64,000 nucleotides of DNA from Candidatus Omnitrophota bacterium (GTDB taxonomy: Bacteria > Omnitrophota > Gorgyraeia > Gygaellales > Profunditerraquicolaceae): positions 1,016-65,015 of the forward strand of contig JAPLLW010000008.1 in assembly GCA_026387355.1 (NCBI GenBank). The letters are read 5' to 3'. The number at the start of each line of letters is the position of its first letter. Position 1 is the stretch's first letter. Both the position numbers and the translations under genes were made by a program. This document shows, one piece after another, positions 47,230 through 55,207 of this stretch. Below the pieces are notes generated by a model. It worked only from the letters and a program-made list of their open reading frames with translations. It made no database searches and was not told the origin of the DNA.

Positions 47230-48693
47230 ATGAAGATTTTATTTGTTATGCCGAAAGTCGGAGCTTGGGCAACACACGGGATACATAGGTCTCCTAACCA
47301 GCTTTATGCACATTGGGCCTCATACGTTAGGGAGACACGCGGTTACGCAGATGTCGCAGTTATTGACGGTAAAGCTGACCAGCTTTCTATGGATGAGCTG
47401 ATTGAACAGGTAAAAAGCAAAAATCCTGATGTTGTGGTTATGGGAGAGCAGTTGCATGGTTACGGCGGATACGGTGTTTTGCGTCATTTTAAAGACGCAG
47501 CTGTTAGGATTAAGACAGTTTTACCTAAGACAAAGATAGTTTTGGGCGGGCTATGGTATTCTGCAATGCCCGTTCCTACACTCGAAGAGAATCCTGCGGT
47601 TGATTTTGTAGTTATGGGAGAAGAGGAATCATTTGGAGATTTGATTGAGGCGCTCGATAAGAATAAGCCCTTGAAAGACGTGGGTGGAGTTACTTCGCGC
47701 ATTGACGGCCAAATTGTTATGGGGCCACATAAGCCGCTTATGATGGATTTGGATAAGTTACCTCTTCCAGCGTACGATTTATTCCCTATGGATAAATATG
47801 TGGGGCATACTTACTGGAAACCGTTTGTAGATATGGTTACCTCGAGGGGTTGTCCATCTGCTTGCACATTTTGCTATGAATGGGATCAGTTTGATCCACG
47901 CTCACCGTCTGATTTTCTGAAATGGCGCGCGAAGTCTCCGGAGAGAGTTATGGAGGAGTTAAATCTCTTACATAAAAAATACGGGGTAAAGGTTGTGGTT
48001 ATTCAGGATGATAATTTTAATGTTGACCCTAAAAGAGTGCAGAAGTTCTGCGAACTTAAAAAAGCAGCAAATAATCCGATTAAGTGGGTATCTTTAGGTC
48101 GTGCCATTGATTGGGTTAACTGCGAATCAATCCTGCCGCTTATGAAAGAGAATGGTTTGTTTATGGGCGTATTCGGTATTGAGGTCACGACACAGTCGGA
48201 ACTCAAAAAAATCGCTAAAGGTATTACTCTAGACCAGATTAAAAAGACGATTGAGATCCTGCGCAGAAATGATATCGCGATTGTCGCAGATATTATGATG
48301 GGTTTTGATTATGATACCGAAGAGATCATTAAGCAGCGTTTTGAGTTTACTGATCAAGTGGACCCGGATATTTTGTGGGTGGGATACGTTACCCCTGCTC
48401 CGAATTCACCGATGTGGAGAATTGCTTTAAAGAAAAACTGGATTGATCCTAAGAAGGTAGATTTTAGCACATGGGATTTTCTACATCCGGTAATTCCCAC
48501 GGATCATTTAACTACTGAAGATTTAGGTAGGCTTGGTTCATGGTGTATGCGTGAGTTTTTCTCAAAACCCGGAAGAATCAACCGGATTATGGAGAGTGAT
48601 TTTGACCCGCTTGCAAAACTTTGTTTCCAGGATGTTATGAACGGTATTAATAAGTGGGAAGCAGCCGCGACTAAGGGAGAAGTGCAGATATAG
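47230..48693 (+). CDS. B12-binding-domain radical SAM protein (class B rSAM)
   Basis: N-terminal B12-binding-like region 'KILFVMPKV...VVVMGEQLHG', then the radical SAM cluster 'VTSRGCPSACTFC' (CxxxCxxC). Confidence 0.75.
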   Translation: MKILFVMPKVGAWATHGIHRSPNQLYAHWASYVRETRGYADVAVIDGKADQLSMDELIEQVKSKNPDVVVMGEQLHGYGGYGVLRHFKDAAVRIKTVLPKTKIVLGGLWYSAMPVPTLEENPAVDFVVMGEEESFGDLIEALDKNKPLKDVGGVTSRIDGQIVMGPHKPLMMDLDKLPLPAYDLFPMDKYVGHTYWKPFVDMVTSRGCPSACTFCYEWDQFDPRSPSDFLKWRAKSPERVMEELNLLHKKYGVKVVVIQDDNFNVDPKRVQKFCELKKAANNPIKWVSLGRAIDWVNCESILPLMKENGLFMGVFGIEVTTQSELKKIAKGITLDQIKKTIEILRRNDIAIVADIMMGFDYDTEEIIKQRFEFTDQVDPDILWVGYVTPAPNSPMWRIALKKNWIDPKKVDFSTWDFLHPVIPTDHLTTEDLGRLGSWCMREFFSKPGRINRIMESDFDPLAKLCFQDVMNGINKWEAAATKGEVQI

Positions 48694-48771
48694 ATTTTGC
48701 GGGTCCTGGCACGGGAGGCGCTTCTCGCGCTAAAACGCGCTTCGAAACATCCCCGTGCCACCCGTAAAATT
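48692..48771. repeat. Structured intergenic element (about 80 nt, nested hairpins); shares a 30-nt core with 49846..49895
   Basis: 'ttttgcgggtcc tggcacggg agg cgcttctcgcgc ... cccgtgcca cccgtaaaa': a 9-bp outer stem (ttttgcggg / cccgtaaaa with one G-U), a 9-bp inner stem (tggcacggg / cccgtgcca), and the GC hairpin ggcgc-ttctc-gcgc. Confidence 0.55.
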
Positions 48772-48812
48772 ATTTATTATTAATTGTTATTTATATTGCA
48801 GCAGGAGGGTTT

Positions 48813-49049
48813 ATGGATACAAAATCAAAAGTAAGAGACGTATTAGTAAATTTATTAAAAGTAAAGCCAGATGAATTAAAGGATGATTTGACTCTGCAGG
48901 AGAGTATTGGGGTTGATTCTACTGAGATGGTAGAGTCAGTGATTGCTTTAGAAAAATCGTTCGGGGTAAAGCTTAGCCCGAAGGAGATTACCAAGAATTC
49001 AACAGTTAATGATATTGCTAACAATATCCAATCAAAATTAGCCAAATGA
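48813..49049 (+). CDS. Acyl carrier protein
   Basis: 78 aa; 'LTLQESIGVDSTEMVESVIALEKSFGV' carries the DSxE phosphopantetheine-attachment motif; RBS 'ggaggg'. Confidence 0.8.
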   Translation: MDTKSKVRDVLVNLLKVKPDELKDDLTLQESIGVDSTEMVESVIALEKSFGVKLSPKEITKNSTVNDIANNIQSKLAK

Positions 49050-49843
49050 AGATAGTTGATTTAAGTCTACCGATTGACGAAAAAGCCTTTGAAGTGCATA
49101 AGGTTGATATCGAGCGGGTAACTCATAAAGCCGGTGTTGAGAAATTTAACCGCGTAATTATGGGTAAGACTTTAATCGGTAAAATCAAATACCTTTTGGG
49201 TCAGCGCATAATTAAGCCTCAAGATTTACCGGATGAGGAATTCCTCTCGCTTGAAATCGTGCATTCTCCGGTACATATCGGTACCCACCTGGATTATTCA
49301 TTCCATTACGGTTCAAAATCAGAAGGCCGCGCCTCTAAGACTGCAGATGAGATTCCTTTAGATTGGTGCTATTCTGACGGAGTAAAACTGGATTTATCTC
49401 ATAAGAAACCTAATGAAACGATAAAGGCGCTTGATTTAGCAGAAGCGCTTAAGAAGATAAATTATTTGCTTAAAGCAAATGATATTGTGTTGATCCGTAC
49501 TGGTGCAGATGAATTATACGGCGGACCAAAATATTTTATGGATTACCCCGGGATTGATACATCGTCTATAGATTTTCTTCTGGATAAAGGAATTAAAATA
49601 TTTGGCGTGGATACCATGGGAATTGACCGACCATACCGTTTTATGCTTAAAGAATTTATGGATACAAAAGATATAAAATGTTTTTACCCTGCGCATTTCT
49701 ACGGCAGGAAGCGTGAATTTATTCATATTGAGCGTTTAGCCAATTTAGAGAAATTGCCGGATTATGGATTTAAGGTAATCTGTTTCCCGATTAGAATAAA
49801 GAATACAGGTGCTGCCTGGGCAAGGGTTGTAGCATTATTATAG
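49046..49843 (+). CDS. Cyclase-family protein (kynurenine-formamidase-like metal-dependent hydrolase/cyclase fold)
   Basis: 'HSPVHIGTHLDYSFHYG' HxGTHxDxPxH signature. Confidence 0.7.
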   Translation: MKIVDLSLPIDEKAFEVHKVDIERVTHKAGVEKFNRVIMGKTLIGKIKYLLGQRIIKPQDLPDEEFLSLEIVHSPVHIGTHLDYSFHYGSKSEGRASKTADEIPLDWCYSDGVKLDLSHKKPNETIKALDLAEALKKINYLLKANDIVLIRTGADELYGGPKYFMDYPGIDTSSIDFLLDKGIKIFGVDTMGIDRPYRFMLKEFMDTKDIKCFYPAHFYGRKREFIHIERLANLEKLPDYGFKVICFPIRIKNTGAAWARVVALL

Positions 49844-49845
49844 AA

Positions 49846-49895
49846 TTTTTACTGGTCCTGGCACGGGCGCTTCTCGCGCCAAGCCCCGCAAAGTT
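49846..49895. repeat. Second copy (partial, rearranged) of the structured intergenic element
   Basis: 'ggtcctggcacggg-cgcttctcgcgcc' core is identical to 48702-48730 apart from a 3-nt indel. Its 3' flank 'ccccgcaaag' is the reverse complement of the other copy's 5' flank 'ttttgcgggt'. A GC hairpin ggcgc-ttctc-gcgcc is present. Confidence 0.5.
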
Positions 49896-49913
49896 AGATA
49901 AAAGGAGAATGTT

Positions 49914-50357
49914 ATGGCTGGACATACTTGTAATTCGATTGTTATCAATGCGCCTTATGAGAAGATCTTTGATATTTCAAATGATATTACTCGTTGGACA
50001 GAATTATTCGGCACGGAGTATAAGAAGGCAGAAGTAGTAAAAAAAGAGGCAAACAAAATCACTTTCCGTCTTACGGATGAGGATGACAAGAGCTGGCAGT
50101 CCTGGCGCCTGCTTTTTAAAGATAAATATTTTGCCTATGCCGAACGCGAAGAGCCGAAATTTCCTTTTAAGTATATGAAGATCGTCTGGCTTTATACCCC
50201 TAAGCCCGAAGGCATCGAAATGACCTGGATTCAGCACTTTGAAATGGAAAAAGATTTTAAGTTCAATGACCAGCAGATTGAAGGTTTTATTAATGAAGGC
50301 TCTAAAGAAAACCTTAAGATCTTTAAGCGGATTATTGAAAAAGAAGCTGCTAAGTGA
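49914..50357 (+). CDS. SRPBCC-superfamily protein (polyketide cyclase/dehydrase-like, Polyketide_cyc2 type)
   Basis: 147 aa; 'SIVINAPYEKIFDISNDITRWTELF' START/Bet v1-like N-terminus typical of the TcmN/SnoaL-adjacent cyclase family. Confidence 0.5.
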   Translation: MAGHTCNSIVINAPYEKIFDISNDITRWTELFGTEYKKAEVVKKEANKITFRLTDEDDKSWQSWRLLFKDKYFAYAEREEPKFPFKYMKIVWLYTPKPEGIEMTWIQHFEMEKDFKFNDQQIEGFINEGSKENLKIFKRIIEKEAAK

Positions 50358-51481
50358 AGAAGTCGACTTTTGTTATTTTATGTCTGGAAGGCGCGGTTTT
50401 ATCTTTTAACGTTGCCGCCGCAGCTGCTTTAATACCTTCAATCGCACAAGATTTTGCTCTTTCTCAATTTCTGGTTGGTAATATTGTATGGCTATATATG
50501 ATCCCTTATGGACTGGCTGCGTTTTTCTACGGTCCTCTGATTAGGGCTTTTGACGCAAGGCGCGTAGAATTAATCTGCATGTTTTTGTTTTCCGTAGCAA
50601 ATCTAGTTGCCGGTTTGTCACATAATATTACAACTTTATTTATTGCGCGATTTTTAATGGGGTTATTCGGGGCATCAGTTATACCGCTGGGGTTAATCTT
50701 AATCGGCCAGCGCATATCTCAGGATAGGCGTGGTCGTTTTATCGGAGTATTTTTTAGCACTACCTTTGTTGCGTCTTTGGCGGGACTATTCTTAAGTGGG
50801 ATAATCTCTTGGCGTTTGATTTTCTTGATCCCGGCGGCCCTAGGGTTTCTTCTTTGGGTAGGCATGTATTTTTATCTCCCAAGCTTTAAGGAAGAAAACA
50901 GGATCTTTCGCATGGATTATATTTTGGCTTTTAAGAATAAGAATGTCGTACGCATATTTACCTATATTCTTTTTATCAGCCTTATTTATCATGGTATACA
51001 GCAGTGGTTGGGGGTCTATTTCTCAACCCAGTTAAATTTAAGTCAGTTTATGATCAGTATGCTTATAACATTAACTAGCTTAAGCGGGATTGTGGGAGAG
51101 GTCTGGGGGGGAAGCCTTGCGGATTCGCTAGGTAGACAAAGAGTAGTTAATATAGGTATTATTGCCATGATTGTTTGTATCGGTATCTTAATATTAAAAT
51201 TACCTTTAGCCATTATAGCTTTAGCGATGATTATTTGGGGGTTGGGTTGGACCTTTAACCACGTGGGGTTAGCGACTATGCTTACTGATCTACCGAAAGA
51301 ATTATTAAATGAGGCAGCGAGCTTAAATAGCGGAGTGCGTTTTCTTGCGGGTGGCATAGGAGTTAGTCTGGGTGGTTTGATTATGCATAAGAGTTTTAGT
51401 CTCGGGTTTATTATTTTCGGAAGCGCGTTAACCATGCTTTTATTATCAGGTAAATTAATTAATATAAAAAATAGGGGGTAA
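50354..51481 (+). CDS. MFS transporter
   Basis: 12 TM helices; 'GPLIRAFDARR' MFS loop 2-3-like motif. Confidence 0.75.
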   Translation: MKKSTFVILCLEGAVLSFNVAAAAALIPSIAQDFALSQFLVGNIVWLYMIPYGLAAFFYGPLIRAFDARRVELICMFLFSVANLVAGLSHNITTLFIARFLMGLFGASVIPLGLILIGQRISQDRRGRFIGVFFSTTFVASLAGLFLSGIISWRLIFLIPAALGFLLWVGMYFYLPSFKEENRIFRMDYILAFKNKNVVRIFTYILFISLIYHGIQQWLGVYFSTQLNLSQFMISMLITLTSLSGIVGEVWGGSLADSLGRQRVVNIGIIAMIVCIGILILKLPLAIIALAMIIWGLGWTFNHVGLATMLTDLPKELLNEAASLNSGVRFLAGGIGVSLGGLIMHKSFSLGFIIFGSALTMLLLSGKLINIKNRG

Positions 51482-51483
51482 CT

Positions 51484-52260
51484 ATGAACCAGGACTTAAA
51501 AGGTAAAGTTGCGATTCTAACAGGAGCTAGTCGAGGTATTGGTAAGGCACTTGCTTGCACAGCTGCAGGCTTAGGGATCAACTTAACTCTTGCTGCGCGC
51601 GGAGAGGGTCCCTTGAAGGAGACAGCTGATGAGATTGCCAAGAAATATAAAGTTCAGGTTTTACCTGTTTCTTGCGATGTTACAAAGTTAGAAGATTTGG
51701 AGAATCTGGTGAATAAGACAAAAGAAAAATACGGTAAAATTGATATTCTGATTAATTGCGCAGGTGTATCCAGTCAGTTTCCTTTTCAGTTGCAGCCGAT
51801 AGAGGATTTTGAGAGATTGGCGTATACCAATTATCTAGGTTATGTGCGGCTTATCCGTTTAGTGATCAATGATATGATCGAGCAGAAATACGGGGCAATT
51901 ATAAATATAGTCTCAGGTTCCACCCTGGTCGACCCTGTTCCGAGAAACTTTATTGTTTATAGCTCTTTAAAGGTAGGGTTACGTGCTTTTTCTAAGGGGC
52001 TCTTCTGGGAATTACGCGATCATGGGATTAAAGTAACTTCAATATTGCCGGGGGTAACAGATACTGATCTTACCGGGAAGTTGAAAGATATCACTAATGA
52101 TACATCGCGTTTAATGAGTACTCAGGCAATCGAAGATGCGGTTAAGTTTGCTTTGACCGTGCCGCAGAATGTCTGCCCGCTTGAGATTTCTGTAATCAAT
52201 CAGCAAACGCCATGGACTGCGCCGGTTATACCATTTAAACAAGCGCACCCGGGTAAATAA
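51484..52260 (+). CDS. Short-chain dehydrogenase/reductase (SDR; ketoreductase-like)
   Basis: 'TGASRGIGKALA' and 'NCAG' motifs; catalytic 'YSSLK'. Confidence 0.85.
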   Translation: MNQDLKGKVAILTGASRGIGKALACTAAGLGINLTLAARGEGPLKETADEIAKKYKVQVLPVSCDVTKLEDLENLVNKTKEKYGKIDILINCAGVSSQFPFQLQPIEDFERLAYTNYLGYVRLIRLVINDMIEQKYGAIINIVSGSTLVDPVPRNFIVYSSLKVGLRAFSKGLFWELRDHGIKVTSILPGVTDTDLTGKLKDITNDTSRLMSTQAIEDAVKFALTVPQNVCPLEISVINQQTPWTAPVIPFKQAHPGK

Positions 52261-52280
52261 AACAACGGGAAAGTTAAGAA

Positions 52281-52676
52281 ATGATGCAAGAAAATGATTT
52301 AAAGAACTTGAAAAAACGCTATCTTATCTGGTTTTACAAAGTCAGTAAAGAGGCTTTGGATAAAATTGAGCGTAAATTCTCGCAGGTTGATATCGACCGC
52401 TTTATCTTAAAAAAGCTGAAGAGATCAGATAAGCATGAAGCCATAGAATTTTTTATCGCGCAGTTTTCTGATTATATCGAGAAAAAAGAACAGGATGGCT
52501 TGAATCTCAAGTTCGAAAATAAAAAGTTAAAACCGGAGTATTTATTCTTGGTTTTGAAATTACAGGCGATTGAGAAGGCGATAGTAAAAGAGTTGGGAAA
52601 GAAAGCTCTTGTTGAGATTAAGCGGCTTTATGAGACAGAGATGACTGAGCGCATTTTAAGGAGCACAGAACACTAA
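52281..52676 (+). CDS. Hypothetical protein
   Basis: 131-aa Lys/Glu-rich ORF, co-directional within the cluster. Confidence 0.3.
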   Translation: MMQENDLKNLKKRYLIWFYKVSKEALDKIERKFSQVDIDRFILKKLKRSDKHEAIEFFIAQFSDYIEKKEQDGLNLKFENKKLKPEYLFLVLKLQAIEKAIVKELGKKALVEIKRLYETEMTERILRSTEH

Positions 52677-53582
52677 ATGTTAGTTGATAGCCACTCACAT
52701 TGGTTACCAGAGGCAATAATCAGCAATGCCCATTTTTATCATAAAGGTTGGGGGGATATTGAGGCTCAACTAAAGATGATGGATGAAGCGGGTATTGATA
52801 AGGCAGTCTTATCTTATCCGACTTCGGATGCGCATCTAAAATTAGGAAGTATCTCAGAAGTCGTACGTATTTTTAACGACCATGTGGCAAGGGTTTTAAA
52901 GAAATATCCGGAGAGATTTATCGGCGCAGCAATTCTACCGATTGATCATGAGCAGGATATGATTAAAGAATTTAAACGCGCAACCGAAGAGCTAGGTTTT
53001 AAGGCAATTTCATTAGCTACAAGTTATAACGGGGTTTACCTAGACGACGCTAGATTCCTTAATATTTATAAATTAGCCCAAGATGAGAATATTCCTATCT
53101 TTGTGCATTCGCAAATTGTAAAACCTATTGGTATTGAACGAGTGGAAGATCCGTTACTTACCCCAGTGATCGAGTATGTTTTTGATACGACTATATGCAT
53201 CGGTAAGCTTTTAATGTCGGATATTCTGCGCGATTATCAGGCGAAGTTTATCTTTGGTTATTTTGGAGGTGTGACTCCGTTTTTAGCAAATCGCTTTGAC
53301 ACAACCTATGCAATGTTGCGGGGGGTGAATTTTGTTAAGGATTTAAAAGGTAATCCTACAGATTTCTTAAAGAATATTTATGTTGATACTAGCGGAGATA
53401 AAACTAAGGCCAATTTTGCTGCGGCTTTAGAGCTGGTTGGGCCAAAACATATTCTATGGGGGAGCGACTATCCGGCAAAGAAAGATACCTCCTCAGGCAT
53501 TCAGGCAATTAAAGAATTAGGTATATCAGTAGATGATAAGAATAATATTTTGGGAGGCAATTTAGAAAGGATGCTAAAATGA
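52677..53582 (+). CDS. Amidohydrolase-2 family (TIM-barrel metal-dependent hydrolase/decarboxylase)
   Basis: 'MLVDSHSHWLP' N-terminal HxH; 'FVHS'; 'WGSDYP' C-terminal Asp motif. Confidence 0.65.
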   Translation: MLVDSHSHWLPEAIISNAHFYHKGWGDIEAQLKMMDEAGIDKAVLSYPTSDAHLKLGSISEVVRIFNDHVARVLKKYPERFIGAAILPIDHEQDMIKEFKRATEELGFKAISLATSYNGVYLDDARFLNIYKLAQDENIPIFVHSQIVKPIGIERVEDPLLTPVIEYVFDTTICIGKLLMSDILRDYQAKFIFGYFGGVTPFLANRFDTTYAMLRGVNFVKDLKGNPTDFLKNIYVDTSGDKTKANFAAALELVGPKHILWGSDYPAKKDTSSGIQAIKELGISVDDKNNILGGNLERMLK

Positions 53583-54046
53583 AGCTGGAAATTACGGTTT
53601 TAACTTTATTTTTAGCGGTATTTTATATGAATCTATTAACTGCTGAGCCAATGCCCGAGGCAATTGCAGTAAATGATCAGACAAAGGAGTGCGCAGTATT
53701 TTTTCTAGGTGATGAATGCACGGATTGTAGTGTACCAGAGGGGTGGAGGCAGACAGGCTATTCTAATCAGTCTGATTGCCCGGATGGATATAAGAAGATT
53801 GATACTGTTGAATCAGTATGCACCCCGAGAAAAACAGCTTTTTGTTGTTCAGAAAATCATTCCGGGACTAATGGTAATTGCCGGGATTTAGTTATTAATG
53901 AAACAAGTAAAGAATGCGCTTTTTTAGAAGATGTAAATAGTTGTTTAAGTTTGTCGCAAGGATGGAAAACAGGAGACTTGTGTCCGGGTAATTTTCAGTG
54001 GCAACAGGATCCCCTTGATTGTGGAACAAGAAGTAAACAAAATTAA
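53579..54046 (+). CDS. Secreted Cys-rich protein with an internal repeat
   Basis: Signal peptide; 12 Cys residues; two repeats '[ST]KECA...C...GW(R/K)(Q)TG...CP(D)G(Y/N)(K/F)'. Confidence 0.45.
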   Translation: MKLEITVLTLFLAVFYMNLLTAEPMPEAIAVNDQTKECAVFFLGDECTDCSVPEGWRQTGYSNQSDCPDGYKKIDTVESVCTPRKTAFCCSENHSGTNGNCRDLVINETSKECAFLEDVNSCLSLSQGWKTGDLCPGNFQWQQDPLDCGTRSKQN

Positions 54047-54134
54047 TGTATTTATAGCGGGTGGCTGCTGATATGGGATGGATCAGCAGACAGGACCCGC
54101 TAAGAAAAGAATAAAAATAAAAAGGAGAAATAAG

Positions 54135-54884
54135 ATGCAGATGGTTAAAGATGTACATTTAACGGGTAAAGATTTAACTGATATGGTGCAACTCAGGCCG
54201 CAGGATGTGGGCAAATATGCGATTGTCCCGGGCCCTCGCGATAGGCTGGACGTCTTATTGAAGAAATTCGATAATCCGGTGAAGAATTTTACTTTTATGG
54301 AATATTCCATGTATACAGGTATGGTCGAAGGAGTAAGAATAAGCGCGATTAACGGCGGAAGGTTTTCGACGGATACCTCAATTACGACAGAAGTTATCTG
54401 TAATGCGCAAATCCAGAATATTATCCGCGTAGGTACTTGCGGTTCACTCGATGAAAATATCAAAATTGGAGATATATTCGTGGTTGATGAGATAATCCGC
54501 GGAGACGGGGTTACTCCATATTATGTGGATAAGGATTTCAAGACCGTAGCGGATAAAAAGATCTCCGATACCTTATATGAAATAGGTAAAGGTATGGGTT
54601 TAAATATCCATCGCGGTAAAGCCTGGACTACTGATGCTCTTTTGCGAGAGACTCGAGAAATAGTTGAAGCCAAACGCAAGGAAGGAGCCAAGGTAGTAGA
54701 TATGGTTTCATCAACCCTGCTTACCATTGCCCAGACTTATAAAATTAAAGCCGGATCAATCCTTGCGGTAAGCGATAATGTAGTAACAGGCGAGATGGGC
54801 TTTATGAACCCTTTGTATTATATGGCAGAAGCAAATATTTTAAAGATTGCTTTGGAAGCTGTCAATAAGCTAGAATTAAAATAA
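54135..54884 (+). CDS. Nucleoside phosphorylase (PNP/UDP family 1; purine/uridine/MTA phosphorylase-like)
   Basis: 'HLTGKDL...YAIVPGPRDRLDVL' and 'IRVGTCGSL' are family signatures. The start is set at the ATG at 54135 with RBS aaaggag at 54121-54127. Confidence 0.75.
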   Translation: MQMVKDVHLTGKDLTDMVQLRPQDVGKYAIVPGPRDRLDVLLKKFDNPVKNFTFMEYSMYTGMVEGVRISAINGGRFSTDTSITTEVICNAQIQNIIRVGTCGSLDENIKIGDIFVVDEIIRGDGVTPYYVDKDFKTVADKKISDTLYEIGKGMGLNIHRGKAWTTDALLRETREIVEAKRKEGAKVVDMVSSTLLTIAQTYKIKAGSILAVSDNVVTGEMGFMNPLYYMAEANILKIALEAVNKLELK

Positions 54885-55207
54885 TGCATACACTTTCGAG
54901 AGTTATAGGAATCTGGTTTATTTTACTGGGGTTAGGATTGACTATGGGGTATGGTCTTAACAATCCAGAGGAAAGCAGGAAAGGGATTCTCTTTTTTATA
55001 TTTATGACTTTCATTATTTTGGGGATTGGGGTTACTGGTTTAAGGAACTGGGCAAGAATCGCCTTAACTTTTGCTACAGCTTTTGCAGTAGTTGTTTCTC
55101 TTATGTATAATCTTCGCGAAGGTTTAGTAATGCTGATACTTTTTTCACCGGTTATCGTTTTGCAGCTAAAGAGTGCTAAGAAGCAGTTTACTCTTTGGAA
55201 ACCATGA
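54884..55207 (+). CDS. Small membrane protein (hypothetical)
   Basis: 107 aa with 3-4 hydrophobic helices. Confidence 0.3.
   Translation: MHTLSRVIGIWFILLGLGLTMGYGLNNPEESRKGILFFIFMTFIILGIGVTGLRNWARIALTFATAFAVVVSLMYNLREGLVMLILFSPVIVLQLKSAKKQFTLWKP

Noticed and set aside
48692-48771. Possible tRNA or tRNA-like gene, suggested by a 'ttcgaaa' T-loop-like segment and a CCA-like 3' end
   Set aside because: The paired stems enclose only about 35 nt and the arrangement is a long nested hairpin. No cloverleaf with 7-bp acceptor, D, anticodon and T arms can be drawn.
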